Of a stretch of 64,000 nucleotides of DNA, positions 10,127-20,756 are shown in pieces. The translations under genes and the position numbers were made by a program. Under the pieces are notes generated by a model. The model did no database searches and was not told the origin of the DNA. It was given only the letters and a program-made list of their open reading frames with translations. Source of the stretch: Bacteroidota bacterium (GTDB lineage: Bacteria; Bacteroidota; Ignavibacteria; UBA10030); NCBI GenBank assembly GCA_049523215.1, contig JBEKNC010000006.1:21105-85104 (forward strand). Reading direction: 5' to 3'. The stretch's first letter is position 1, and each line of letters starts with the position of its first letter.

Positions 10127-11017
10127 GTGGAATTTGATATTAAACCTGTCTTCAATCTAAAATCTACAATCCTTATTATGCTTCAACGCTTCTACGATAT
10201 TCTTTATGAATTCAGAGAGTACGCCATTTTCACTGGATTAGTTGTGCTTTCTATTCTCCTGATGGCATTGAATGACAATCCGCAGATAAAACAGATTCGC
10301 ACAATTTCAACAGTAGTATTCGGAGTGATGCAGGATAAACTGAGTTTCATTCCTACCTACTTCGGACTTAAATCCGAGAACGAACTTCTTCGCCATATCA
10401 ATATCGAACTCGCAGATGAAGCACAGCGGCTTCGTGAAGCAAAGCTCGAAAATCTTCGGCTTCGCCAGCTGATGGAACTGAAAAGCCAATTACCATATAC
10501 ATTCACAGCGGGTCGTGTCGTCAACAAAAATCTTTCTCTTCTGCGCAACACACTTACACTTGATGTTGGTCTCGCAGACGGCATTCAGGAGCGCATGCCG
10601 GTAGTGAGCAGTGGTGGATTGGTCGGTGTTGTCACATCGGTCACGAAGCATTATTCCATCGTGAATATTCTCATCAACACAGACTTCCGTGTAAGCGCCA
10701 AAATCCAGCGCAGCCGTGTGGATGGAATTATTGCATGGGATGGGAAAACCTTTGCTCTCAAGAACATACCAAAGATGCGAGATATCAAAATTGGCGATTT
10801 GATAACTACCTCCGAATATGGCAACACTTTCCCATCGAACATTCGCATCGGAATTGTGAGTGATGTACGCGAACAAGCAAGCTCGCTATTCAAATCCATC
10901 ACCATGACGCCCAGTGTGGACTTTGTTAAGCTGGAAGAAGTGTTTGTGATAGTTTCCACACCAGACGCGGAGCGAGTTGAACTCGAGCAGCGTTCTATTC
11001 CGCATACCGGTAGATAA
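10127..11017 (+). CDS. mreC: Rod-shape-determining protein MreC
   Basis: Immediately downstream of mreB. N-terminal TM, coiled coil (ELADEAQRLREAKLENLRLRQ) and MreC β-domain pattern (VVSSGGLVGVVTSV). Exact start uncertain. Confidence 0.8.
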   Translation: MEFDIKPVFNLKSTILIMLQRFYDILYEFREYAIFTGLVVLSILLMALNDNPQIKQIRTISTVVFGVMQDKLSFIPTYFGLKSENELLRHINIELADEAQRLREAKLENLRLRQLMELKSQLPYTFTAGRVVNKNLSLLRNTLTLDVGLADGIQERMPVVSSGGLVGVVTSVTKHYSIVNILINTDFRVSAKIQRSRVDGIIAWDGKTFALKNIPKMRDIKIGDLITTSEYGNTFPSNIRIGIVSDVREQASSLFKSITMTPSVDFVKLEEVFVIVSTPDAERVELEQRSIPHTGR

Positions 11018-11151
11018 CCGGACAACCATACTAAGATTTTTATTTGAGTTCAATAATTGAATAATGGACTTGATCGTGCTTTTCTTGCATCTTGCTCGTT
11101 TTTCCGTTACTTTATTTACGAAATAATTCACAAGTACCAACGAATCCACTG

Positions 11152-12123
11152 ATGGCAAAGCTCAAAACAGAAAAGCCCAGCAAATCGCAAGTTCCGTATG
11201 TCTCCATTGTCATTCCTCTTCTGAATGAAGAAGAATCATTGCGCGAGTTATTTTCGCATATCAGAGAGACGATGCGACGGATAAACAAGCGCTACGAAGT
11301 CATCTTTGTTGATGACGGAAGTATAGATAAATCGTTTAAAGTGTTAGCGATATTACACGCTGAGCATCCGGATAATATTAAAGTGATTCGCTTTCGGCGA
11401 AATTTTGGTAAGTCGGCAGCGCTTTCGGCAGGATTCAAAGAAGCAGAGGGTGACTTTGTCATTACGATGGACGCCGATTTGCAGGATGATCCCCAAGAGA
11501 TCCCCTTGCTCATCGAAGCATTGGGTGATTCGTACGATCTTGTATCGGGATGGAAGAAAAAGAGACACGATTCCGCCATCTTCACGTTGCCATCACGCAT
11601 CGCTAACGCTATTACAAGTAAGTTGACTGGATTGCGTATCCATGATTTGAATTGTGGTTTAAAAGTATACCGAAACGAGGTTGTAAAGGAATTGAAAATT
11701 TACGGCGACCTCTATCGCTATATTCCTATTTTGGTGCATCAAGCCGGTTTTCGTGTGGGAGAGAAAGTTGTTCAACATCATCCACGAAAGTTTGGTCACT
11801 CAAAGTACACGGTTGGAAAATTTTATCGTGGCTTTCTTGATTTGCTGACAATTCTTTTCACTGCAAAGTACATTCGCCGTCCACTTCATCTTTTTGGTAT
11901 CTGGGGACTCATCTCGTTTTTTATCGGTGCAGCGATCGATGGCTATTTGTCTATCGAATGGTTTTTAGGCATCACATCGCTCAGCAATCGTCCACTCTTC
12001 CTTGTCGGGTTTCTCTTTATTATTATAGGCGTTCAATTTGTATCCCTCGGTTTGCTCGGTGAGATGATCTCACGCCACGAACGCAACGAAGAGACTTATT
12101 CCATACGTGAAATTTTGAAGTAA
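11152..12123 (+). CDS. GT2 polyprenyl-phosphate sugar synthase (ArnC/GtrB/DPM1-like) with C-terminal TM helices
   Basis: VSIVIPLLNEEESL, VIFVDDGSIDKS, ITMDADLQDDPQ (DxD). Two C-terminal TM helices. ATG at 11152 preferred over the listed 11092. Confidence 0.8.
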   Translation: MAKLKTEKPSKSQVPYVSIVIPLLNEEESLRELFSHIRETMRRINKRYEVIFVDDGSIDKSFKVLAILHAEHPDNIKVIRFRRNFGKSAALSAGFKEAEGDFVITMDADLQDDPQEIPLLIEALGDSYDLVSGWKKKRHDSAIFTLPSRIANAITSKLTGLRIHDLNCGLKVYRNEVVKELKIYGDLYRYIPILVHQAGFRVGEKVVQHHPRKFGHSKYTVGKFYRGFLDLLTILFTAKYIRRPLHLFGIWGLISFFIGAAIDGYLSIEWFLGITSLSNRPLFLVGFLFIIIGVQFVSLGLLGEMISRHERNEETYSIREILK

Positions 12124-12203
12124 GACTCTGTGTCTATCTGTTCTTCAATCATCGATTCCCATTTTCTATACATCGGATAGTATATACAAACCCGACAGGT
12201 GGA

Positions 12204-12941
12204 ATGACAAACATCGACCGACATCAATTTGAAATTTTGAAGAATAAGCATACGTGGGAATCCAAACGCTTGCTTCGTACCATCTATGCCATGTTTTATC
12301 ATCAGATTGCCAAATTGATCGATCCGACTATTGAGGGAAAGATCGTTGAACTTGGTTCTGGTATCGGTAATTTAAAGTTGGTAATTCCATATGCCTTATG
12401 TACGGATCTGTTCCCGAATCCATGGCTCGATGCGGTTTGCAACGCGTACTCGATGCCATTCGAAAACAGATCCATTTCGCATCTTGTGCTCTTTGATGTG
12501 TTTCATCATCTTGAACGACCCAATGCTTTCTTTCAAGAAGCGTTTCGTGTCTTAAAGAAAGGCGGACGTATCATTATTTTTGAACCTTATATCAGTGTAA
12601 CTTCAATGGTTGTGTATGGGCTTTTCCACCATGAACCAATAGCATGGAACTCGGTCATCGATCCATCGGATCAGCCGCCTATCAATGACCGTTACTACGC
12701 TGCTCAAGGAAACGCCACACGCCTTTTCTTCCGGCAGGAAACGACAAATTGGATAGGGAATTGGAAGGTGTTTCACCGTGAAGCAATTGTGAGTTATAGT
12801 TACCTGTTCTCCGGTGGATATAGCAAACCGGCGTTCTATCCCGAGAAAGCGCTGCCATTTGTCCAAAGGGTTGATGCAGTTCTTTCGCGATGGCCATCGC
12901 TGTTTGCTGCACGTTGTATCGTAGGATTAATGCACATATGA
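12204..12941 (+). CDS. Class I SAM-dependent methyltransferase
   Basis: Motif I VELGSGIGN. Post-I LKKGGRIIIFEP. Confidence 0.75.
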   Translation: MTNIDRHQFEILKNKHTWESKRLLRTIYAMFYHQIAKLIDPTIEGKIVELGSGIGNLKLVIPYALCTDLFPNPWLDAVCNAYSMPFENRSISHLVLFDVFHHLERPNAFFQEAFRVLKKGGRIIIFEPYISVTSMVVYGLFHHEPIAWNSVIDPSDQPPINDRYYAAQGNATRLFFRQETTNWIGNWKVFHREAIVSYSYLFSGGYSKPAFYPEKALPFVQRVDAVLSRWPSLFAARCIVGLMHI

Positions 12942-14365
12942 TAAAGAATACCGACATAACAATTCCCTTGAAAGAATATTTTGACTCCATCGCAGATCGA
13001 TGGGATCGATGGAAAAAGCGTAACCGCTATTATCATACGAGTGTTGAACGTTTGCTGCAATTTCTCGTCACTCCACGCTCTTCTGTACTTGAAATCGGCT
13101 GCGCTACAGGTGATTTACTTCATGCCGTTCAACCGACAGAGGGTGTCGGCGTGGATATTAGTCCTGCAATGATTCAACTAGCTCAGCAAAAGCATCCGCA
13201 TTTAATATTTCATGTAATGAATGCGGAAGAATTATCGCTTGATCAAAAGTTTGACTATGTTATAATGTCTGATCTCGTTGGGCATTTATATGACATCCAG
13301 CTTGCTCTGGAAAAAGCCCATACTGTCATGAGACCGCGCTCCCGCCTTATTATTACATACTATAATTTTTTGTGGGAGCCGGTTCTTCTTCTAGCAGAAA
13401 GAATCGGCATCAAGACTCCCCAACCGCGTCAGAATTGGATCAACACACATGACTTGCATAACTTGCTCGATTTGGCAGATTTTGAAATTATCCGCAATGG
13501 ATATCGATTGCTCCTGCCAAAGAACATTCCTGTAATCTCATGGCTCTTCAACAAATATTTTTCTCAACTTCCCTTGTTAAGAAAATTTTGCGTCGTCAGG
13601 TTCATTGTTGCACGCCCGCGGGTTCAGGAAACCAATTCTGATCGATTTTCTGTTTCTGTCATTATTCCAGCACGGAACGAACGCGGCAATATCGAGACAG
13701 CCGTACAACGCATTCCTAATATGGGCAGCAAAACTGAAATAATTTTTGTGGAAGGTGGCTCTAAAGACGGAACACTTGATGAAATTAAACGTGTTATAAA
13801 TCTTTACGGTGAGAAACAAAATATTACCTATTGCGTACAAAGCGGCAGTGGAAAAGCGAATGCAGTACGCGATGGCTTTGCCCGTGCAACCGGCGATGTT
13901 CTCATGATTCTTGACGGTGACTTGACTGTAGTTCCAGAAGATTTGCCAAAGTTTTTCAACGCACTCACTACAAACCATGGAGAGTTTGTCAACGGCAGCC
14001 GGCTCGTCTATCCAATGGAAAAAGAAGCAATGCGTTTTCTAAATCTCATTGGCAATAAGTTCTTCAGTATAATGTTCACTTACCTGCTAGATCAAAAATT
14101 CAAAGATACACTCTGTGGAACAAAAGTGCTCTTTAAATTAGATTACGAAAAAATTGTAGCAAATCGTTCTTACTTCGGGGAGTTTGATCCGTTCGGCGAT
14201 TTCGATCTTATCTTCGGCGCTGCAAAACAGAATATGAAAATTGTCGAAATGCCAATTCGCTACACTGAACGTACGTACGGTACAACCAATATCCAACGCT
14301 GGCGGCATGGATTATTACTGCTAAAAATGGTAGCAGTTGCAGCACGCCGAATGAAATTTGTTTAA
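12938..14365 (+). CDS. Fusion protein: N-terminal SAM methyltransferase plus C-terminal GT2 glycosyltransferase
   Basis: N-terminal half: VLEIGCATGDLL (motif I). C-terminal half: SVIIPARNERGNIE, ILDGDLTVVPEDL (DxD). ATGA overlap with the upstream methyltransferase gene. Confidence 0.75.
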   Translation: MIKNTDITIPLKEYFDSIADRWDRWKKRNRYYHTSVERLLQFLVTPRSSVLEIGCATGDLLHAVQPTEGVGVDISPAMIQLAQQKHPHLIFHVMNAEELSLDQKFDYVIMSDLVGHLYDIQLALEKAHTVMRPRSRLIITYYNFLWEPVLLLAERIGIKTPQPRQNWINTHDLHNLLDLADFEIIRNGYRLLLPKNIPVISWLFNKYFSQLPLLRKFCVVRFIVARPRVQETNSDRFSVSVIIPARNERGNIETAVQRIPNMGSKTEIIFVEGGSKDGTLDEIKRVINLYGEKQNITYCVQSGSGKANAVRDGFARATGDVLMILDGDLTVVPEDLPKFFNALTTNHGEFVNGSRLVYPMEKEAMRFLNLIGNKFFSIMFTYLLDQKFKDTLCGTKVLFKLDYEKIVANRSYFGEFDPFGDFDLIFGAAKQNMKIVEMPIRYTERTYGTTNIQRWRHGLLLLKMVAVAARRMKFV

Positions 14366-14378
14366 GTGAATTTCGCTC

Positions 14379-16115
14379 ATGGCAAAACACAATCGTTCAG
14401 ATAATAGCAAAACTAAGACTTATGCGAAACTTACAAAATATGATCGCATGAGTTTGTGGTTCGAAAAAAACACACAACTGTGGCTCTTCTGTGTGCTTGT
14501 TATTGGATTGAGCGCCGGCATCTTATCATTCGACATAAAACCAAGTGTTGATGGCGATGACACCTCGTATGTACTGCAAGCGATGAACATTGTTTCTACA
14601 GGTCAGTTTCCGGTTGGATTCAGAACCCCGGGTTATCCAATTATTCTGGCATTGTTTATCTTTGTTTTCGGTACAAACTTGATACTGCTGAAAGCAACAT
14701 CGTTAATATTTTTTCTTGGAATTATTCTTTCGTTATTCTTCGTTTTCCGCAAACGCCTCAAGCCGATGATGCTTTTTCCAACCTTACTATTCATCGCTCT
14801 CAATCCGCTGATGTTAAGATATTCGCATCAGACATTTAGCGAAATATTTTTTGCACTGTTACTGGTATGGGCAATCTATTGCATTCTGCGCGCTAGTGAA
14901 ACAAACTCGTTTATCTTCACGATCTTTGCCGCCATCATTACCATGGCATCATTTTATATCCGCATTGCAGGCATTACAGTTGTTGTAGCAACGGTTCTTT
15001 TCTTCGCACTGCAACGTTGCTGGAAACAAGGCGGTGTATTTATCATTGCATGTATAATACTTTATAGTCCGATAAAGATTTATGAGTGGTCATCCGGAAC
15101 AGCGGCATTCGGACAAGCTTCCATTCTCCTGTTAAAGAATCCGTATAACTCAACACTGGGATTAGAAACACTCGGCGGATTTATCGAACGATTCATCAAT
15201 AACATTATCAATCAATTGAATTATCAAATTCCATTCGCGCTAGGATTGCCTATGCCGCCCGAAATAGGCACTGCCGACGGCAGGTTGTTATCTTTTCCCA
15301 ATGGTTATGGAACCGAGTCAATAAATTGGATTGCATGTTTAGGGATTCTTGTTTCCATCGTTGTACTCATTGGTCTCATCACGTCTCTTGTAAAACGTAA
15401 AATTACGACTACATCTTTCATTGGAATTTTTATCATGGTGTATATTGCCTTCATCTCACTGGCATTGCAAAATCTTTTTGCCACACCACGCATGCTTGTT
15501 CCAATTATCCCATATTTATTTTTTGGAATATTTGAAGGATTCCGCTGGCTCGGCAATCGTTGGGCAAAAGTGACAAATGCAGAAACCGTTTCAGCACGCG
15601 CTAAAACGCTTACGCTTATTGCATGTTGCGGATTGATATTTGCTGGAGTAACGGGAACAAAACAAGCTGTCGATGAAAATTATCCAATACTGAAAGCAAA
15701 CCTTGGTGGAAATAAATTCGCCGGTTTCACGGAAGATTGGGTAAATTATCTGCGGGCATCACTATGGATCAAAGAGCAACTGCCGGCACAAACCACCGGC
15801 ATCATCTGCCGAAAACCTGAATTGTTTCTTATCTACGCCGGTAATTATTCTGTTTATGGAACTTACAAAATTGATCAGACAAATCCGGATTCAATTGTTG
15901 CAAAGTGGAAGTCGCTTAAGATGACACACCTTCTTTACGACAACTTCCAGTGGTCCTCCACGCTGCGCCGATACGTGCAGCCGGTTGCAGAAAAGTACCC
16001 GCAGATGTTTGAACTTGTACATCAAGAAGGCTCGCAATTCCCCAGTTATATTTTTCGTCTTAATTATTTGGCAGCGACCGACTCAGCAGTACTCCAAAAA
16101 GGACGGATGCATTGA
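14379..16115 (+). CDS. GT-C fold membrane glycosyltransferase (ArnT/PMT, GT39/GT83-like)
   Basis: About 12 TM. Acidic DGDD motif in the first extracytoplasmic loop (SVDGDDTSYVLQA). Typical length of about 580 aa. Confidence 0.55.
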   Translation: MAKHNRSDNSKTKTYAKLTKYDRMSLWFEKNTQLWLFCVLVIGLSAGILSFDIKPSVDGDDTSYVLQAMNIVSTGQFPVGFRTPGYPIILALFIFVFGTNLILLKATSLIFFLGIILSLFFVFRKRLKPMMLFPTLLFIALNPLMLRYSHQTFSEIFFALLLVWAIYCILRASETNSFIFTIFAAIITMASFYIRIAGITVVVATVLFFALQRCWKQGGVFIIACIILYSPIKIYEWSSGTAAFGQASILLLKNPYNSTLGLETLGGFIERFINNIINQLNYQIPFALGLPMPPEIGTADGRLLSFPNGYGTESINWIACLGILVSIVVLIGLITSLVKRKITTTSFIGIFIMVYIAFISLALQNLFATPRMLVPIIPYLFFGIFEGFRWLGNRWAKVTNAETVSARAKTLTLIACCGLIFAGVTGTKQAVDENYPILKANLGGNKFAGFTEDWVNYLRASLWIKEQLPAQTTGIICRKPELFLIYAGNYSVYGTYKIDQTNPDSIVAKWKSLKMTHLLYDNFQWSSTLRRYVQPVAEKYPQMFELVHQEGSQFPSYIFRLNYLAATDSAVLQKGRMH

Positions 16116-17239
16116 AAATCGTTATCGTTGGTCCAGCCTATCCTCTACGGGGAGCAATGGCACAATTAAATATCATACTCGGATGGTATTTATCCAAGAA
16201 CCATGATGTGCAAATTGTTTCATTTATAAGGCAGTATCCTTCGTTGCTTTTTCCAGGCAAGTCACAGATAGATCCAGGGAAACCATTGTTCAATATTCCC
16301 ACTGTTTCATTGATAGATTCCATTAATCCAATCTCTTGGTACCGTGCTGCTCGATATATTACAAACCAAAAGCCAGACGTTATCATCTTCCGGTACTGGA
16401 TGCCATTCTTTGCACCATGCTTTGGTTCGATTGCCCGACTAGTAAAGCGTAAAACCAACACACAGGTGATTTTCATTTGTGACAATATCATCCCGCATGA
16501 AAAACGACCTGGCGATGCAGCGCTGACAAAGTATGCATTCCATTCTGTCGATGCGTTTGTCGTGTTATCTAAAACAGTAGAAGAAGATCTTCATCGGTTT
16601 CTTCCAAAGGCGCGATATGTTTTGACGCCTCTTCCCTTGTTCAATGTTTTCGGGGAACTTCAACCAAAGCGAGAAGCACGGATGAAGCTTGGAATATCCG
16701 ACGATCATGTAATGCTTTTCTTTGGCTATGTGCGGGCTTACAAAGGACTTAGTGTATTACTCGATGCAATGCCGCTCATTCTAAAAAAAATATCTGGGAT
16801 GCTTCTTATCGCGGGAGAATTTTATGAGGATGAAGAAAAATATCGGAAAAAAATTCGGGAACTTGGGTTGGAAAAACATATTCGGTTGCATTCCGATTAT
16901 GTTCCGAATGAAGAAATTTCGACATATTTCTCTGCTGCCGATGTCGTTGTTCTTCCTTATGTTTCTGCGACACAAAGTGCAATTGTACCGATTGCCTATC
17001 ACTTTAATAAACCGGTGATTGTTACGAATGTTGGTGGTTTATCCGAAGTGGTTACAAACGGGCGCACAGGATTCATCGTTCCCCCACAGAATCCCAAAGC
17101 GTTTGCGGACGCTGTAGTGAAGTTTTATCAGGAAAAATGTGAGGGCGGGTTCGCATTAAACATTCAAAAAGAAAAGAAACAATACGGATGGGATACATTC
17201 GTCGAGCGACTCGAAAGTTTACTTGAGCAAAATATTTGA
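16112..17239 (+). CDS. Glycosyltransferase family 4 (GT-B)
   Basis: C-terminal EX7E-like region FLIAGEF...VVLPYVSATQSAIVPIAYHFNKPVIVTNVGGLSEVV. Confidence 0.8.
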   Translation: MKIVIVGPAYPLRGAMAQLNIILGWYLSKNHDVQIVSFIRQYPSLLFPGKSQIDPGKPLFNIPTVSLIDSINPISWYRAARYITNQKPDVIIFRYWMPFFAPCFGSIARLVKRKTNTQVIFICDNIIPHEKRPGDAALTKYAFHSVDAFVVLSKTVEEDLHRFLPKARYVLTPLPLFNVFGELQPKREARMKLGISDDHVMLFFGYVRAYKGLSVLLDAMPLILKKISGMLLIAGEFYEDEEKYRKKIRELGLEKHIRLHSDYVPNEEISTYFSAADVVVLPYVSATQSAIVPIAYHFNKPVIVTNVGGLSEVVTNGRTGFIVPPQNPKAFADAVVKFYQEKCEGGFALNIQKEKKQYGWDTFVERLESLLEQNI

Positions 17240-18051
17240 CTATGCAATACGATCCAATTAAAAAGATTTTTGGCGATGTAGCACGGAACAAACCATTGCT
17301 ACGAATTCTATTCTACAAACTGCTCGGTGTGATGTTTCTACGCGAGTGGTATGTGAAGCGCGAACTCCATCGACAACTGGACAATCGTCGTGAACCGTTC
17401 ACCGTGTACGATGCCGGCAGCGGCTTCGGGCAATATTCATACTTTATTGCGAAACAATTTCCGCTTGCGACTATCTATGGTATTGATTTGAAAGAGGAGC
17501 AGGTTGCCGACTGCAATCAATTCTTCCGCACGATTGGTATGGTGCGGTGCTCCTTTGCCATTGAAGACCTGACGCAAATTCAGCATACAGACAAATTTGA
17601 TGCTATCCTTTCGGTAGACGTGCTGGAACATATACAGGATGACGTAACGGTCTTTCAAAATTTTTATCGCGCACTCAAGAAAAACGGACAGCTTTTTATC
17701 AATACACCTTCGAACCTCGGCGGATCCGATGTACATTCGGAAGGCGACCACAGCTTTGTCGAAGAACATGCACGTAACGGCTATGGTATGGAGGAGATAC
17801 GGAACAAATTGGAGGCTGTCGGTTTTCGCGTGGAGATGATACGCTACACGTATGGACATTGGGGCACCGTTGCATGGCGATTGGGCATCAAATTCCCGCT
17901 GCTGCTTTTGAATGCCTCAAAGGGATTTTTTATCTTGCTGCCACTCTACTACCTCATCGTATTACCGTTGGTTTTACCGATGATGTGGTTGGATTACAGT
18001 ACCGATAACAAAACTGGTACAGGATTGAATGTAGTGGCAAAGAAAGTGTGA
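17236..18051 (+). CDS. Class I SAM-dependent methyltransferase with C-terminal TM segment
   Basis: VYDAGSGFGQYS (motif I), LKKNGQLFINTP. Hydrophobic C-terminus. Confidence 0.75.
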   Translation: MTMQYDPIKKIFGDVARNKPLLRILFYKLLGVMFLREWYVKRELHRQLDNRREPFTVYDAGSGFGQYSYFIAKQFPLATIYGIDLKEEQVADCNQFFRTIGMVRCSFAIEDLTQIQHTDKFDAILSVDVLEHIQDDVTVFQNFYRALKKNGQLFINTPSNLGGSDVHSEGDHSFVEEHARNGYGMEEIRNKLEAVGFRVEMIRYTYGHWGTVAWRLGIKFPLLLLNASKGFFILLPLYYLIVLPLVLPMMWLDYSTDNKTGTGLNVVAKKV

Positions 18052-18135
18052 TGTTGTGTGTGCCATTGAATTTGTTGAAAGTAACTCCTTTTCTCTGTAT
18101 TATATTTTCAGGAGAGAATCGAAGCAAGCTCCTCA

Positions 18136-20715
18136 TTGTCAAAAATTTCTCACCATATTCATGAGGGATTAAAATTATTTATGGCAAAGAAAGTAAGAGA
18201 ACAGGTTCGTAACCCCAAAACCATGGCGGAGCATCCCATCATCCCGCCGAAGTATCAACACACCGCAGCGATTGCTATACTTTTCTTGAGCATCATTATC
18301 TTTTTTGCTCCAATAGTCTTTGGAGGTAAAATATTTGTCAGTGTAGATTCTATAGGTTCTCACAGTTGGGAAACGCTGCAACGTGATGCAAAGGAACAGG
18401 GTATCTTTCCTTTATGGAATCCATATATCTTCTGCGGTATGCCGGGATATGCAAGTCTCAGCTTTGCAGGCGAGCGGTTGTTCGATCTTTCTGCTGTAGT
18501 GTTAGGATACGTACATACGATTTTCCAATATATCGTCTTGAATGCTTCTCAAGGTTGGGTATTGTTCTATTACCTTGTCTTTGCCGTTGGTATCTATACG
18601 CTGACGTTTAGCAAGCTAAATAATAAAATTTCCGCTCTGATTGCTGCGCTTGGTGCAACATTTTCCACACGCATCATTGTGTGGGTTATGATCAGTCATC
18701 TTACAAAAATGCCGGTGATGTGCTGGTTCCCATGGATCATTCTGTGCCTTGATAAATTGCGAATGCGTTTCGATTGGAAGTATTTTCTTGGGCTTGTATT
18801 GCTGATCCACTTCAGTTTTCTGCCAAGCCACATGCAAATGATTTTCTATCTATTTCTTGCATTAGGATTATATCTGCTCTACGAGCTTTTAGCTGCAATA
18901 ATAAAGAAGACTGATTGGAAACCTGTTTTGCGATTAATCGGATCTCTTGTTGTTGCAATAGGCATTGCTTTTGCAATGAATGCAGATCAGTACCTTTCCG
19001 TTTTGGAGTACGGTTCATATTCTATTCGCGGCTCAGCGCCGATTGTCAAAGCTCCAGGGGAAGATGCAAAAACTCAAGAAGGCGGGCTTGGCTATGAGTA
19101 TGCTACAAACTGGTCATTTGCCCCAAGTGAAATGATGACATTTGTTGTGCCATCGTGGTACGGTTTCGGTGATCACGAGTATAGCGGAAGATTGGTAAAT
19201 CGTCCGATGCATGTCAACACATACTGGGGACCACAGTCGATGGTAGATTGTCCGAATTATATGGGTATCGTCATTCTCGCATTTGCATTGGTTGGTATTG
19301 TGCGTTATCGCAAAGATTCTTTTGTGCAATATATGGGTATCACAATCATTATTGCGACACTGATTAGTTTTGGAAGAGAATTTTCACTCGTGTATGATCT
19401 TATGTTTAAATATTTCCCTGGATTTAATAAATTCCGCGTACCGATTACGATTCTCGTACTCATGCAAATCTTTCTTCCTATTCTTGCGGCATATGGCATT
19501 ACATCGCTTATGGCGCTAAGAGGAGAACGAGGAAACACAGCAGGGATGAAGAAAATAAAATATGCTATGTATGGACTTGGGATTTTCTTGGTGCTTACAG
19601 TTATCGGTCGAAGCTCTTTTGAAAGTTTATACAGCGGCTTCTTCCCATTAAATGAAGCTGGACCGCATTTGGCGAGAGCAATTGGTACTGGAGATCCTGG
19701 AGTTATTTCAGAATTCTATAATTTCGTTGTCAATGCAGTAATGTCCGATCTCTATTTGGGATTGGTATTACTTCTAGTGAGTTTTGGCAGCATCTGGCTT
19801 TTCTTGAAGGGCTCTCTCAAAGCTACTACACTCAGTGTTATTCTTATTCTTGCTGTAGTTGTTGATTTATGGCGTGTTGACAAAAAACCCATGGAACCGC
19901 AAGAGAAGCGGGTTCAAACAAACCTCTTCGATACTCCAGATTACGCCTCGTATTTACTGAAAGACAAAACTCTTTACCGCACGCTCGAATTCGAAAATGG
20001 CCAACCTCCCTATAGCAATATGCTCGCATATTGGCGTATTCAAAGCGCGTATGGCTATCAGGGTGTGAAGATGCGGCAAATTCAAGATGTATTTGATATC
20101 GTTGGTCTCAGTAATCCGCTTTTATGGGGATTGATGAATGTGAAATATATCATTTCAGATCGGTCTGATTCGAATCAGATACTGCAGCCTATGTTCAAAG
20201 GAAAAGATAAATTCATCCTTTACAATCGCGCAGAATTGCCTCGCGCGTTTTTTGTGAATAGATATGAAATCGCAAAGGGCTTGGATATATTAAACAGAAT
20301 AAAGTCGATGGATTTTAACCCGCGAGATGTAGCATTCGTTTTAGAAGATCCAAAGCTTCAGATCGAAACGCCAAAATCAGACGCAGAAGTTCATTACACA
20401 CATTATGGAATTCAAGATCTTGAAGTACGTGCAACGGCGACAGGGAATAATCTTTTATTTCTCAGTGAAGCTTACTATCCTAAGGGATGGAAAGCGGATA
20501 TCGATGGGAACGAGGTGGAAATTCTTCGGCTTGATTATCTCTTCCGCGGTGTTATTATTCCTCCAGGAACTCATACACTGACGATGAAGTTTGAACCGGC
20601 ATCATTTATTCTTGGAAAGAGTATTAGCTTAGGAACGAATCTGTTGGTTCTCAGCGGTCTTCTGGTGTTCGCGATACAATTCTTCGTTCGAAAAAAGAAA
20701 GAATCACAATTCTAA
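18136..20715 (+). CDS. Large polytopic membrane protein, YfhO-like (putative GT-C glycosyltransferase)
   Basis: 859 aa. More than 10 TM helices in the N-terminal two-thirds and a soluble C-terminal domain, the architecture typical of the YfhO family. Family assignment by architecture only. Confidence 0.5.
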   Translation: MSKISHHIHEGLKLFMAKKVREQVRNPKTMAEHPIIPPKYQHTAAIAILFLSIIIFFAPIVFGGKIFVSVDSIGSHSWETLQRDAKEQGIFPLWNPYIFCGMPGYASLSFAGERLFDLSAVVLGYVHTIFQYIVLNASQGWVLFYYLVFAVGIYTLTFSKLNNKISALIAALGATFSTRIIVWVMISHLTKMPVMCWFPWIILCLDKLRMRFDWKYFLGLVLLIHFSFLPSHMQMIFYLFLALGLYLLYELLAAIIKKTDWKPVLRLIGSLVVAIGIAFAMNADQYLSVLEYGSYSIRGSAPIVKAPGEDAKTQEGGLGYEYATNWSFAPSEMMTFVVPSWYGFGDHEYSGRLVNRPMHVNTYWGPQSMVDCPNYMGIVILAFALVGIVRYRKDSFVQYMGITIIIATLISFGREFSLVYDLMFKYFPGFNKFRVPITILVLMQIFLPILAAYGITSLMALRGERGNTAGMKKIKYAMYGLGIFLVLTVIGRSSFESLYSGFFPLNEAGPHLARAIGTGDPGVISEFYNFVVNAVMSDLYLGLVLLLVSFGSIWLFLKGSLKATTLSVILILAVVVDLWRVDKKPMEPQEKRVQTNLFDTPDYASYLLKDKTLYRTLEFENGQPPYSNMLAYWRIQSAYGYQGVKMRQIQDVFDIVGLSNPLLWGLMNVKYIISDRSDSNQILQPMFKGKDKFILYNRAELPRAFFVNRYEIAKGLDILNRIKSMDFNPRDVAFVLEDPKLQIETPKSDAEVHYTHYGIQDLEVRATATGNNLLFLSEAYYPKGWKADIDGNEVEILRLDYLFRGVIIPPGTHTLTMKFEPASFILGKSISLGTNLLVLSGLLVFAIQFFVRKKKESQF

Positions 20716-20756
20716 GATGTTGTTGAATGTATCAAAGCAATGAGAAAGGGTTCTAA

